A stretch of 64,000 nt of DNA from Okamejei kenojei (GCA_035221665.1 CM069153.1:24924001-24988000), one strand, 5' to 3'; numbered from the stretch's first letter, positions 13,219-26,557 are shown. Notes: a model not told the origin generated them from the sequence alone. Numbers and translations: made by a program.

Positions 13219-15284
13219 GTTTGTCATAACTAACTAACAGAAACTGAACAATGGTTTTGGCCTGATGGAGAATTTCATTACCTTGTGAACCAAAATTATT
13301 TTGGGGGGAAAAACCAAAAACTATCTGCTATACTTCAGCTCAATTCAAAGAAGAAAAGGGAATAATGCTGGATAACTAGTTTGGCCAACATGTGGATCTC
13401 ACTTAGAAATCTATGTGGAAATCTATTGGGGGGGAGAAAAAGACTTTAAATAATCGGATGAAGTTTTAAACTGGGATGAACTTTGTTTTAATTGTGTCAA
13501 GTAGCCTTTATCCCTAGCTCTATTTTTGAAGTATTACTTTTGACTGACATCCTGCAGTAAAATATCATGTGAAAGCTAATTTTTTTTAAATACTTTTTGC
13601 ACCAAAATAGATTTAACCAAATACAAATTGAGCTCATGCAAAGAAGTCAATATTTTTGTGTTTATGAATCTCCGGGCACCTTAACATTTTTGAAAACTAG
13701 CTTTAGTAATAATCTGAAACACTGCTATGGGAGGGCAAAGCAACTGACCATGACTGTGACTGATCTGTTGGGGTGCAGACATATTTTGCTACATTGTAAA
13801 AAATCAAAATTGGCTAAAATTAAAATAGTTTTGACTTGATTGCAGTAAAAACATTTACTAATTAACATTGATTTTTTCTATTGCTTTAAGATAAACTTGG
13901 ATCTGTCAAAGTTGCAGTTATAAAGTTCAGATATTTACAGATCAGCATAGCGGATAATAGATTAAACGCATTAATGGGAGTTTTATGGTCGCCAAATCAT
14001 AATGAGATTGATGTTCCCAATATGGTACAAGTATCATGACCTTGTTTCTGAAACACAAGCCCTCGGAGCTTTTGAGACTGGTTTATTTCAAGAATCTAAA
14101 ATAAGTAGAAGTCAAAGCTTTAAAAGCGTCACCAAAAGTAGTCAATAAACACTTTTATTTTGGCAAAGTTATGTCATTTCTTTGCTAATATTACTACATC
14201 ACATTTGTATGTACTTGAATTTTGATATCGAGATTTAATGCTCATTTTCCGTGCAAATTAATTTAAATTAGGCTTTGCTTGTTTATATTTCCATATTGGT
14301 TTTAAAGAATGTGTTTCAGTTTGTGATTTTTACGTTAAAATATCCTTGTGTTTGCCCTCTTTTAATGTGTGTAAGGGTGTATTGAATAGGTTGATTTCTC
14401 CACTTTGGCATCAGTTTCTTTGTCTCTTACTCTCACCTTTTTTAAAGTACTGTCTTTGCACGTACATTGAAGTACTATATAAATGGAGGTTGTTAGTTAA
14501 ACATCTAAATGTTTTATCATTTGTTAATACTTTGTGGAAAGCATCCTTTATATGTAATGTAAAACATTGCTCAATTCTAGATGGAGCTCAGCTGGTAGCA
14601 TTTCCAGCTCTAGGTCAAAAGGTAATGTCTAATTCCAGAAACATGAACAAATAAATCCAGTATTGTAGTATTGGAAAAGTCTCGTAGTTTAGTTCCCAAC
14701 CCGCAACTGCTGTGGATATCATTGCACTAATTCAGATGGCTGAGCAAGGCAGTGATCACAGGTGGTGTGATTCATCAACCTTAGTGAACCACATTGCTTA
14801 AGCATTGGGGAATCTTCCTCTCTCCAGCTCACACCTTGTGCTAACCTTTTGTGACCCCACAGTTTAAATCAATTTCTAGGCCTTGCTACCATGATGATAC
14901 TGAAAGGCACCGTAGCCCATTAGTTCTCATCCATCAGTGTGGTTGGGGACATAGTTTCATATTCTCATGCCTGGGGCTGCTGAACCTGAGGCTGTGTCCC
15001 AAATGCCCTGACCCTCCCTGCTGTCAAGAGGAATTATACATTGAAAAGGATTTTCTGATAGTCTGAAATCAGCTATTCAAGCTGAAGTTGTTTTCTGAAT
15101 GGCAGCTTTTAGTGTAAAAAAACTACCTACCAAATTTACTACATCTCAGCAGTAACTGCAATTCAGACGTATTTCCTGATCAGTAAAGTGTTTTGTAAAA
15201 TCCTGAAATAGATATGAAAGACACATTAAAAACCAAAGATAAAATGTAAATCTGTCTTATTTTCATTAAATATTAACAGTTCAT

Positions 15285-15410
15285 TAGTTATAGGAACAGA
15301 ATTAGGCCATTCCTCGAGTCCACTCCGCCATTCAATCATAGCTGATCTATCTTTCCTTCTCAACCCCATTCTCCTGCCTACACCACATAACCCCTGACAC
15401 CCATACTAAT
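15285..15410 (-). mobile_element. CR1-like 3' tail fragment
   Basis: AGAATTAGGCCATTC..CCGCCATTCAATCA..CTCAACCCCATTCTCCTGCC. Confidence 0.7.
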
Positions 15411-15480
15411 AAAGGTTGGAAGTATGTGTGCAATGTGATCATCTGAAAGTTATAACGAAAGGAGAACATTTGTCTTCCCA

Positions 15481-15606
15481 GAAAGTTCTGGAATAATACA
15501 GCAGATCAGACAGCATCTCTGAAGGACATGAATCCTGACCTGCTGAGTTTCTCCACCACTTTGTATTTTACTCAAGATTCAAGCATCTGCAGTTCCTTGT
15601 CTCTCA
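15481..15606. mobile_element. Short Penelope-derived fold-back insertion
   Basis: Inverted arm plus CAAGCATCTGCAGTTCCTT tail; direct repeat TGTCTTCCCA at 15471-15480 and 15610-15619. Confidence 0.65.
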
Positions 15607-16167
15607 ATGTGTCTTCCCATTGTTCCTTCGCAATGTCTTCCAATTGATGGAATGATTTACAATTTCTGTATAATCATAATTCTTGCATTTTGTTTAAGGA
15701 CTATGAATTCTTAAATTAAATAGTGAAACATATTTGCTTCTTCATTGAAGAAACTAAATGGTATTACTAGGTTCACTGGAAACTGAGCTGAATGGTATAA
15801 CAGTAATTTTAACATGTTAAAAAATTGATGTCAATGAGTATCATATTTTGAAATGGAGCTGATGAATGTGCTGTCACTGCTGTCTTTCCTCACCTATTGG
15901 TTCTTTACTCCTGCAGTGTTTGCTCTTTTTAATGTATGTACATCATTGTTAACATGTGAAGTTATTAGTCATGCATCTTAACCCTGTTTTTCTTTCTCTC
16001 TGTCTTTCACTTTTCCAAACCTGCATTCCCCATCATCCTTTTTAACCCCATTTTTATTTTGACTATGGGAATCCTTCTGTCCTTGCTCCGAATCCCATTC
16101 CACTACCATCTAACAATGCTGTGCCCTGGTTGGCACTACATAGCTCACCCTATCTTTCTCCAATCAG

Positions 16168-16317
16168 GATGGCGGCCTAGTGGAAGAGTCCCCTACTTCA
16201 CCATTTTTGCCTTCACCAAGCCTGAAGCTCGCCCTTTCAAACAGTGCACACCCTAATCAGGCTCTTGGTGCCATTGCCTCCGGGCTGGGCATGCAAAACT
16301 TGAATTCTTCTAGACAG
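16168..16317 (+). CDS. TNRC6C: TNRC6C exon ([21 protein letters not shown]...MQNLNSSRQ); alternative upstream acceptor at 16144
   Basis: ctccaatcAG|GATGGC ... ACAG|GTAAGA; 150 nt, phase 0-0. Confidence 0.9.
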
Positions 16318-16423
16318 GTAAGACTGGCTGTTCGTGAATTCGCTTTAACCCAGTTGATATTGCTTTGTAATGCAATCAGATATCTTTCTATCTACTAATA
16401 AATATTAAGTGTAATCCTAATTC

Positions 16424-16770
16424 TTGGACAGGCTAGATGCAGGAAGATTGTTCCCGATGTTGGGGAAGTCCAGAACAAGGGGTCACAGTTTAAGGATAAG
16501 GGGGAAGACTTTTAGGACCGAGATGAGAACAGCATTTTTCACACAGAGAGTGGTGAATCTCTGGAATTCTCTGCCACAGAAGGTAGTTGAGGCCAGTTCA
16601 TTGGCTATATTTAAGAGGGAGTTAGATGTGGCTAAGGGGATCAAGGGGTATGGAGAGAAGGCAGGTATGGGATACTGAGTTGGATGATCAGCCATGATCA
16701 TATGGGATAACGGTGCAGGCTTGAAGGGCCGAATGGCCTACTCCTGCACCTATTTTCTGTGCTTCTATGA
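16424..16770 (+). mobile_element. CR1/HER1-like LINE 3' fragment
   Basis: ORF SRTRGHSLRIRG...FFTQRVVNLWNSLPQKVVEA (CR1 ORF2 C-terminus) and tail GGCCGAATGGCCTACTCCTGCACCT. Confidence 0.9.
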
Positions 16771-16799
16771 AATTAGTTTGAGAAGTCTGAATTAGCAAA

Positions 16800-16953
16800 A
16801 CAATTGAACCATCCTATCACCAACTAGAGAGCAGTCCTGAGCTACTATCTACCTCATTGGAGACCCTTGGACATAACTGGACTTTATCTTGGATAAGCAT
16901 GCAATAAAAAAAGCTTTTCACACTAACTCTGTACACGTCATAATAAACTAAAC
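16800..16953 (+). mobile_element. Rex1-type LINE 3'UTR/tail fragment
   Basis: AACTAGAGAGCAGTCCTGAGCTACTATCTACCTCATTGGAGACCC...AAAAGCTTTTCAC...AATAAACTAAAC. Confidence 0.5.
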
Positions 16954-17364
16954 AAATATATATTTGTTTCTTCATTCACTAAAATATCTAAGTTCGCTGA
17001 AAGCTCCCATAAAGGGATAACTGGAGTTCTTACCCAAAATTTAATTAGTAACACTGAGCGTTTCAGATTTGGGTCTATGAAACACTTTTATATTTGCCGC
17101 ACAATCTACCCGAACTCATTGTGAATACATTTTATTTATTGTTCATTTGTACAATTCTCTACCCCACTCATTTTCCAGCCCAAAGAAAAACAAGTTGGCT
17201 GCTTCCCTCTGCTTCTATGCTCATTTCATTCAATGAGCTCAAAATTACCCTTTCAAGCTTTTCCTGGATCATTATGATTCCAAAGTAAACAAAGGATGCA
17301 AGCAAAAGTGATCAGCATGTTTAGGTAACAAGGTTGGCATGAATGTGGTGGACTGTTTCTGTGC

Positions 17365-17570
17365 TGTAGATAAACACAAAAAGCTCGAGTAACTCAGCAG
17401 GACAGGCATCATCTCTGGAGAGAAGGAATGGATGATTTTTGGGTTGAGACCCTTCTCAGACTGAAAGATGGAGAAGGCCAGAGCAAAACAAGGCTGGCAA
17501 CAGATGACCTCGGGAAGGTGGAGTCCATAAGGCCCCATTGTTGGGTGGGGAAGATGTGCTAACGACAATA
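17365..17570 (-). mobile_element. Penelope-like 3' repeat fragment
   Basis: ACACAAAAAGCTCGAGTAACTCAGC..GGCATCATCTCTGGAGAGAAGG..GAGACCCTTCTCAGACT, same family as 46444-46545. Confidence 0.65.
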
Positions 17571-17718
17571 AATAACGTATACTTTCTCACATTTGTGCTG
17601 CTTTAGCACGAAATAAATTGAAGACTCTCTGATTGCCAGTACTAAATTGATGTATGTAGATCAGATGATATTAATCTATGCACATGTCTGATAAGCTGGT
17701 ATTTTTATTAATTGACAG

Positions 17719-17859
17719 AGTGGCAATCTAGGTATGTTTGGCAATAGCGGAGCAGCACAAGCCAGGACCATGCAGCAGCAACAGCAGCCGCCAGTGCAAC
17801 CTCTTAACTCATCCCAGCCTAGTCTTCGTGCTCAAGTGCCTCAGTTTCTATCCCCTCAG
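17719..17859 (+). CDS. TNRC6C: TNRC6C exon: start of Q-rich region ([25 protein letters not shown]...QFLSPQ)
   Basis: attgacAG|AGTGGC ... TCAG|GTACGA; 141 nt, phase 0-0. Confidence 0.88.
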
Positions 17860-18305
17860 GTACGAGATGTGACAAACTACCGTAGCTGAAATGCTCGGTA
17901 ACTATCTTGTGCTATCTCTAAATTCATCCGGGCTTCAATTTAAGGCTTATTTTTTATGTCTGAGGGAAAAAAAGCATTATATAAAACCAATTAGATATAG
18001 TTAGATTAGAATTTGTGACTCAATATACAATTTTATTTTTTATTTTGGCTTTGAAGAACAGCTCATTTAAATTTTGATGTTTATTATCTTTGGCGTTAAA
18101 TTTATCGTTAAATGATACATAACTATTTTGCTTTGTCATGGATTGAAAATTTTAGAGTACTACTACATAGCTGAAGGAAGGTATTCACAGCTAAATGTAT
18201 AGTTTTGAAACACCTATGATTATTGATTTTTTCGAAGAATAGTAAATATGTATAATTCTGGATAGAAACAGTATTGGCTTGAGCATCTTTCTATATTCTC
18301 TAAAG

Positions 18306-18425
18306 GTTCAAGCACAGCTCTTGCAATTTGCAGCAAAAAACATGGGTCTCAACCCTGCACTATTAGCCTCGCCAATTAACCCTCAGCATATGACTATGTT
18401 AAACCAACTTTATCAGCTGCAGCTG
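18306..18425 (+). CDS. TNRC6C: TNRC6C exon: Q-rich region (VQAQLLQFAAKN...LNQLYQLQL)
   Basis: ctctaaAG|GTTCAA ... GCTG|GTAAGT; 120 nt. Confidence 0.92.
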
Positions 18426-19187
18426 GTAAGTATTTTTGTCATCTTCAACCACAGTGATAATTTATGTAATCAAAACTGTATCTTAATATTCTTATTTTTA
18501 TTTTTTGGCCTCCAAGGTCAATTCACCTTGAAATTGTTTTCTATCATAAAGTACTACAAAACAATTCTGCACACATCTTCCTCGCATTAATCAAGTTTTT
18601 TTTCCCCTTTATGGCTTTGTGATTTACTTGCCCTGAATCACAAAAGAGGTTATATGAGCTGCAAACTGTTTCTCCATGGCTACTGCCAATGTAACAATCA
18701 ATTGTTTAGATGAATTCTCTGATCAGTTTCATAATGTCTGTACTTTTATGTTATACAGATGAGCTTCTGAAAAAGTTGACTCCTCAAGAGAATTGGTTAA
18801 ACTAAGTTAACATGGAAATCTAATGTTCCATTAGAACCAGCAGAATCATTGCCACCAAATGAAGCTGAATTTGCCAATGTTAGGATGACATTTTTAATTG
18901 AATAAAGAACACGTATTTTAAGAGTAGGTTCAGTTAATGCAAAGATTACATGAACCTCTGACAACTATGAAGTCATTGACATGAATTACCTTAGTCAATC
19001 AATGACTAAGGATAGGATAGAAAGAAAAGCAGTTTCTGTTGAAGCTTGCTGTTCTACAATAAATGTGAAGAATTAATTACCATTTACTGGATGTACAAGA
19101 AGAGTTTGAATTGCACTGTTAAAATGGTTCAAGACTTTCATTTGCAGGTTATTCTTAAAATTAAAAATAACAATGCTTTCTTTGCAG

Positions 19188-19271
19188 GCCTACCAGCGTT
19201 TACTCTTCCAGCAGCAGATGTTACAGGCCCAGCGCAATGTTTCTGGAACCATTAGACAACAAGAGCAGCAA
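19188..19271 (+). CDS. TNRC6C: TNRC6C exon: Q-rich region (AYQRLLFQQQMLQAQRNVSGTIRQQEQQ)
   Basis: tctttgcAG|GCCTAC ... GCAA|GTATGT; 84 nt. Confidence 0.92.
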
Positions 19272-20974
19272 GTATGTACATTATGGGAACAGCTGGTTCA
19301 GAATTGACTTCGGTTCAGTCATTTACTTATCTATGTGAAGTTATTTCTCTCTCATTCATGCAATGTCAGTACTTCATATGCTCTTCAATATTCAAAAAAT
19401 GTTGAAAGTATAACTTCAGTAGTAATGGTTATTGCGTATGATGTCAAAGAAAGTGATATATTCTGCCAGGCATTTTTATTTATATTGTTCTGCTTAACTC
19501 CTACCTGTTGTGTTACTATTGTCCTGTTATGTCACAGTTGTACAAGATGTTGGTAAGACTGCATTTGGAGTATTGTGTTCAGGTACATGGATAGGATAGG
19601 TTTAGGCGGAGATGTGCCAAATGCAGGCAGGCAGATGGGGCATCTTGGTTGGCATGGGAAAGTTGGGTCGAGGGCCTGTTTCCATGCTCTGTCACTCACT
19701 CTCTGCAGATCTTTTGCAGTAGATCTGTGGAGTCATAGAAAAGAGTTGTGAAAATTAAATTCCAAAATGCTGTGAACAGGGTGGAATGTTGTGCACTTTT
19801 CAACAAATATTCCCACTTGTGATCTAATCATGGAGCTAAGATCGTTGCTCGCACCAAGTCCTTTTCTTGCGATGATTGGTTTCCAACAACTACATCAATT
19901 TCATCTGTGCTAAACATGACTCCGTGATTTCAGTCTTAGATTCCAGTCTAAGTTTTGCCTTGTCAGTCCTGTCGACACAAATGTTACTAGGATTCAAGAG
20001 GCGCTACTCATTTCATTACTGGAATTGTCCATATTTGTACCAAGACAGTAATGAAATTCCTAGTGATTTCACTGGTGAATACTGGCGAATCATAAACTGA
20101 ACATTGGCAACCGAGTTATTGGTGCAGCTCGACTGAAATAAAAAGATTGCAAGATTTATTCAGTGGATCCATCTGTGAAGATGGAGTCAATGTTCCAAAT
20201 CAATAAACATCATCATATTTTCATCTGATTAAGTTCATTAACCCAAAACTTTATTTCTGTTTGACACTCCAGATTTTCTAATTTGATTTCATTATGATGG
20301 TATTTTGCATTTGTATTGCTGCCGGATAATGCAGTGTATAGCAACTCCCACCACTTTGCAGAAGATTGCAGAGACAGAGTTAGTAATTAGTAAGATTGGA
20401 ATTTTGCTGCTTTGTGGTCAGGACATCCTTGGGCATTTTTCCATCTTAGCTGGCAGATTCCAGTGTTGTAACTATTGTGGCTGGAACTGCTTGACTCAAG
20501 GCTCCATCTTTGGATGCATTAATAGGTTTCCAAGAAGATACTTGAAAAGCAATGGAGCTTTTTTATTCATTGCTCTTCTTGCACTGCTTTCAAAATTGGG
20601 GATCTTTTCAGGGATAAATATTTAATGCACCACAGATTTTTATTTTGGGCTTCCTCGTTTTGAGGTATTGACCAAAGATAATAGTTCTCTCTGTTGTTGC
20701 TGACTAAGGCTGACAGCGGCTTTAATAACAACAGCAAGTGTATAGTTAACTGTGGAAATGAGAAAGCTCATATTCCTCCAAAAGGTCCTCCCATATAAAC
20801 TTGGCACTGATATCAGTGTAATGGCTTCGTTTAATTATCCAGTATTTTCAAATCCTACAGAGCTGAAAAAGTAAAGGTCCTTCAGGAGTGAGTGTAAGGT
20901 GTTATGATTACCCCACCTGCATCTGTTTTTTGTTTTGCTTCTAGACTTAACGAGCATTTGGTTTCACATCAAAG

Positions 20975-22010
20975 CTACATAGAAACATAGAAAATAGGTG
21001 CAGGAGGAGACCATTCGGCCCTTCGAGCCAGCACCGCCATTCATTGTGATCATGGCTGATCGTCCCCTATCAATAGCCCGTGCCTGCCTTCTCCCCATAT
21101 CCCTTGACTCCACTAGCCCCTGGAGCTCTATCTAACTCTCTCTTAAATCCATCCAGTGTCTTGGCCTCCACTGCCCTCTGTGGCAGAGAATTCCATAAAT
21201 TCACAACTCTGGGTGAAAACGTTTTTTCTCACCTCAGTCTTAAATTACCTACCCTTTATTCTAAGACTGTGGCCCCTGGTTCTGGACTCGCCCAACATTG
21301 GGAACATTTTTTTCCTGCATCTAGCTTGTCCAGTCCTTTTATAATTTTATATGTTTCTATAAGATCCCCCCTCATCCTTTTAAACTCCAGTGAATACAAG
21401 CATGGTCTTTTCAATCTTTCCTCATATGACAGTTCCACCATCCCAGGGATCAATATTGTGAACCTACGCTGCACTGCCTCAATCACAAGGATGTCCTTCC
21501 TCAAATTAGGAGACCAAAACTGTACACTATACTCCAGATGTGGTCTCACCAGAGCCCTATACAACTGCAGAAGAACCTCTTTACTCCTATACTGAAATCC
21601 TCTTGTAATGAAGGCCAACATTCCATTACCTTTCTTCACTGCCTGCTGTACCTGTAAGGCAACTTTCAGTGACCGGTGTACAAGGGCGCCCAGGTCTTGC
21701 TGCACCTCCCCCTTACCTAACCCCATTGAGATAATAATCTGCCCCCTTGTTTTTGCCGCCAAAGTGGATAACCTCACATTTATCTATATTATACTGCATC
21801 TACCACGCCTCTGCCAACTCACTCAACCTGTCCAGGTCACCCTGCAACCTCCTAACATCCTCTTCACAGTTCACACTGCCACCCAGCTTTGTGTCATCCG
21901 CAAACTTGCTAGTGTTGCTCCTAATTCCCTCTTCCAAATCATTCATATATATGGTAAACAGTTGCGGTCCCAACACCGAGCCTTGCTGCACTCCACTCAC
22001 CACTGCCTAC
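20975..22010 (-). mobile_element. CR1/HER1-like LINE, 5'-truncated (~1 kb), frameshifted RT
   Basis: SGVQQGSVLGP, SKFADDTKLGG, RPHLEYSVQFWSP; (CATAGAAA)n tail at 20978-20995. Confidence 0.92.
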
Positions 22011-22519
22011 ACTGAGGATGATGATAACTGGGAAATCTAGGTTTGGGAAGGAAAGATGTGATGGGGATAAGAGACGAGGATACAGATGGAGGAGCAGATT
22101 CAGCAAATGCCTGACCCCTCAAACTTTGTGCGTTCACTACACTCCTCTCTCAACGTGCAAGAAAACACCCAAAATCTATTCTTGCTGTGGCAATGTGAAA
22201 GCTCAACAGTAAATGTACTGTAGCTATTTGATAATGAAAACAGAGTTGCCAGTGAGAGGGGAGGGTCACATCAAATTGGGGATGTGCATGAGGACAGCAT
22301 TAGAAGAATACCCAATATCCCGAGCTGAAGGAAGTTACATAGGGAGATGCAAGCTGTGGAGGGATTTGACAGCTGAAAGTTTGTAATTAAATATTGCATT
22401 TACTTGTCATTGGATAAATGAAAAATATCAGTATGCTATCCTTCTCAGTACAATTTAAAACCCCATTTTAGTTTTCATTGTTTAAATCTTTTGACACTCA
22501 CTTCTGGGTATTTATGATG

Positions 22520-22750
22520 TCATGAGGGTGGTGAATCTGTGGAATTCATTGTCACTGACAGCAGTGGAGGCCAAGTCATTAGGTATCTTTAAAGCAGAGA
22601 TTGATGATTAGCAAGGTTCATGGTTAGCAAGGGTGTCAAAAGTTACAGCGAGAAGGCAGGTGAATGGAGTTGAGAAGGAAAAAGACTAGCCATGATCGAA
22701 TGGAAAATTTGGTGGACCGAATGGCCTAATTCTGCTCCTATGTCTTATGT
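22520..22750 (+). mobile_element. CR1-like 3' fragment
   Basis: GAGGGTGGTGAATCTGTGGAATTCATTG...GAATGGCCTAATTCTGCTCCTATGTCTTATG. Confidence 0.75.
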
Positions 22751-23059
22751 AAGGACATCAGCAATTCTAAAGCTTGTGAAGTTCCATCTAGTGCTAGAAG
22801 TTTGCAACTGCAGTAGTAGTCTGGTCATGATCTGTCGAACTGCAAATTGTGGGACCTACTTAGCAAATTCAAGAGAATATACTGCCTAGCAGAAAGTGGT
22901 ACCCCCCCTCCCCCCACCACCCGTCATCTTGTTAATAATTTGTTCCTACATACAATGGGGTCATCCATGAGGAAAACGTTAGTTTTTGTCAATTAATTGT
23001 GATTTTTGTTCAAAGCTGGAATTATTACCACTTCTAATTTGCATTTCCTTTACTCTTAG

Positions 23060-23282
23060 GTTGCACGTACAATCAACAACATGCAGCAGCAGATCCAACA
23101 ACACCAGCGGCAGCTGACCCAGGCCTTGCTTATGAAACAGCAACCATCACATCCACCATTGCACCCATCTGCAGGCAAAGTAACCATTGATAATCTGAGT
23201 CATCATCCACCTCCCAGCCTTTCAGACCTGCAGACCAAAGAGCAACAAACTTCACCCAATTCTTTCCCTGCATATTCCTTGG
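23060..23282 (+). CDS. TNRC6C: TNRC6C exon: Q-rich region (VARTINNMQQQIQQHQRQL...AYSL)
   Basis: tactcttAG|GTTGCA ... TTGG|GTAGGT; 223 nt, phase 0-1. Confidence 0.92.
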
Positions 23283-23407
23283 GTAGGTACATTACCAACT
23301 GAATAATGTTAAACTTGGGGAAAATGCAATCTTGCTGCACTCACTGATACTCTTCTGTCTATTTTACTTAACCTACAATAATTATTGGTGAAACTTGATC
23401 TTTACAC

Positions 23408-23705
23408 TAGAGATGCAGTGTGGAAACAGGCCCTTTGGCCCACTGAGTCCACGCTGAACAGCAATCACCCAGCACAGTAGCATTGTTCTACACACCAAGG
23501 ACAATTTACAATTATTTTTACCAAAGCCAATTAACATACAGACCTGTACGTCTTCAAAGTGTGGGAGGAAACCAGAGCACCCGGAGAAAACCCACGTGGT
23601 CACAGAGAGAACGTACAAACTCCATACAAACAGCACTCTTGGGATTGAACCCGGGTCTCTGGCGCTGTAAGTCAGCAACTCTACTGCTGCGCCACTGTGC
23701 CGCCC
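23408..23705 (-). mobile_element. tRNA-derived SINE (HE1/V-SINE-like)
   Basis: Minus strand has A box TGGCGCAGCAG, B box GGTTCAATCC, core GTGGGTTTTCTCCGGGTGCTCTGGTTTCCTCCCACAC and LINE-like tail GGGCCAAAGGGCCTGTTTCC. Confidence 0.85.
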
Positions 23706-23819
23706 TAAACCTTCCCTGTGATCTGATCACAATAATTACTGTTCATGGGATCCTACAGTTATTAAAAATACCTAATGTTTGTCACTGTTAGAACTAAATG
23801 TACACATTTAACGTGAATA

Positions 23820-24095
23820 GAATCATAGAAAATAGGTGCAGGAGTAGGCCATTCGGCCCTTCGAGCCTGCACCGCCATTCAATATGATCTTGGCTGATCA
23901 TCCAACTCAGTATCCTGTAGCTGCCTTCTCTCCATACCCCCTGATCCCTTTAGCCACAAGAGCCACATCTAACTCCCTCTTAAATATAGCCAATGAACTG
24001 GCCTCAACTACCTTCTGTGGCAGAGAATTCCACAGACTCACCACTCTCTGTGTGAAAAAAGATCTTCTCATCTCGGTCCTAAAAGACTTCCCCCT
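23820..24095 (-). mobile_element. CR1/HER1-like LINE 3' fragment
   Basis: FFTQRVVSLWNSLPQKVVEASSL; near-exact reverse complement of 16500-16760. Confidence 0.9.
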
Positions 24096-25705
24096 AGCGG
24101 GCATCCTAAAGATGTGCAAGGACATTGAACTATTCTGTACCTCAAAACCTGTGTTCAAATTCCTTCCACATTTGTCTGGGCATTATTTTTCAGGAAAGTG
24201 ATTCTTTTTCTGCTGCCAGGTATTATTGCACTTTCCTAAAGCTAGTTGAGTTTTTTGAATGCATTCGGCAGAGCTGCTAATAATTTGTTTTGTTTTGGCA
24301 AGAGCAATTTTAGTGGTTACATAAATGTTATTGACGCTTGTAACTGGCGGGGTTGGCAAAATCACCAACAAATATCATCGATGCTCATGAAATCATCCTG
24401 TAAACAAGATAACACTGAAGGGTTCATGTTTACAAGTGTCCAACTATTACACATTGTGCAAGCCAAATCATCAGATTGGCTCATTAGTAAAAGATAATGT
24501 TATCAATAAAAGTAAAGGATCATGCTGAATGCATCTTGTAGGCGACTGTGAAATGACTCCAAATATTAAAACATCTCTGCAGTTGTCAGTATGACAACAA
24601 CATTGGTATTGGATTATACAGTAGCACCTCACATAGTGCTCAGAATGCATTGCCTGGATAAATGGGTGTTAAAAGGCTTATTGTAGCATTATGTAATGAG
24701 TGTTGTGTAGTTGATGGTGCTGCATTGTCAGAAACCTAGCACGAATGGTGTGCAGTTTGGAGAGCCCACCTATTTTGTGTGGGCTGCTGCAAGCCGTGCT
24801 ATCATTCAGTCTGAGATGTTGGGCTCTACGATTCTGTCATCACCTCTACGGAATATAATGTGAATATCCTCTTCATTTGGCTGCATAGCTTTCCCTGACA
24901 CAGAGATTTCTGTACAATAACAAGATCAATGGGCAGCAACCACCACTGATTAGATATCTCTGGGCTGGACAGAGCACATCCAAGAGGAAGTGCTCAGGGA
25001 AACTGAAGAATCAACTAGGTCTCTGAGCATGTAGAGCAGTCAGTGCCAATGACCTGTACCCACTTTGCCAGCCAAGATGCAGCCCTGAGCCCAACACCCA
25101 GCTACTGAGTGGCTGCGCAAGTAGCCACAGCCTACCCAGTACTATGTCTCGCACAACCCATTTGGGAAAGTCAGTGCTGCAGGCGCACCAGTGGAGAGCA
25201 GGGATTCATGCCAATTTCCAAGTGGAGCAGTACACAACAAAGGGCAGGTGTTCGCCCCAGGTTCATAACGCAGTAGCTTGCAGCCTGGGTATATAATTTA
25301 AAGTTCAGCTGGGTGTATACTTGCGTGAATTCTGACTGGAGGACTGAGAGCACACTATATCATGCCAGCATATATGTGCTAACACATCAGCAAATTTGTG
25401 GCAGATCTAAGCACGTAGCCAGCATAAAATATGGTCTCAAATAAGCAAGATCATAATTTTGAAAATGTTGCCAATATTCTTGAGAGATATTTATAGGGTT
25501 TGTCTTTGCTGGACATAGGCTTGGAAAAGTGTCATATTCGAGTTATAAATCAGCCATAGGGTTCTACAGGCTATGTTTTGCTCAAAGAAAAATAATTCAA
25601 ATGTTCTTAGATTCTTTTATGACTTTCACAGTTGATGGGCTGGAGGGAACTGTTTACATCGGCTTCACTGCAGCAGTACCTTTTTAACATGCTTTTCCCT
25701 TGCAG

Positions 25706-25873
25706 CTGGATTGATCCCAAATATGAATGTAAGCAACATGGAACTAAATGCTGGTTTATCCATGAAGGATCCGGCTCAAGCCCAATCTCGATTGAGGCAG
25801 TGGACCCACCCCAACTCTATTGAAAATTTAAGCAGCAATTCTTTATCATTGGATCAGAACCAGAGCAAGCATG
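25706..25873 (+). CDS. TNRC6C: TNRC6C exon: silencing domain with CIM-1-like QSRLRQW
   Basis: cccttgcAG|CTGGA ... CATG|GTAAGA; 168 nt, phase 1-1. Confidence 0.92.
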
Positions 25874-26557
25874 GTAAGAGCCCTGTAGGGCAGAGTACTT
25901 CCAGACCAAAATACTTTATTAGTCCATTGGCACTAAAATTATTTTGGTATCTCAGCAATTTTGTGTGAGAAACGCAGAATATAACTGTGTTTATGACAGA
26001 CTTTTCAAAACTGTTAGAAAATAAGGCCGGTTTCAATTTGTTTGGCCACTTAAAAGACTCTGATCTATGTATACACATTTAAAATGCTGAAAGCATGCTA
26101 CGTGGTAAATGAAAAAATGAATTAAACAAGCCATCATTTTGTCACACTGATTCAGTGCCGTCATCAGCCCAACTCATTTTGTTGTCTTGCTCATTCAACT
26201 AAAACAACAGACAAACTTGAAAACATGTAATGATATATTTTACCCCTCGAATAGCGAATTATCTGCGCACATTTCAATTGGAGCAATATACCGCAGAAGA
26301 TTTTTCAGTTGCAATATTTTCAGAGTAAACTGTGGTAACTTGTTTTACTTTGCCTATGAAATTTGTTTAGTTCTGAAGAGCTTTGATGCTGTAATAAAGG
26401 AAGTGATAGATCATCAAAGACTCGTTCTGAATTACCTCAGCATTTATTTAACTAACTGGGTCTAATTTAGCTACTGCTGAGATTCAGTGTCAGGACCATA
26501 GCAAAATGTTTTTATATCCATGACCTTGCCTTTCTGTCCCACTTAACACATATTCAG

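Noticed and set aside
23620-23705. tRNA-like A/B boxes (also near 45341 and 53226)
   Set aside because: These are SINE heads followed by SINE core and LINE-derived tail; no complete cloverleaf.
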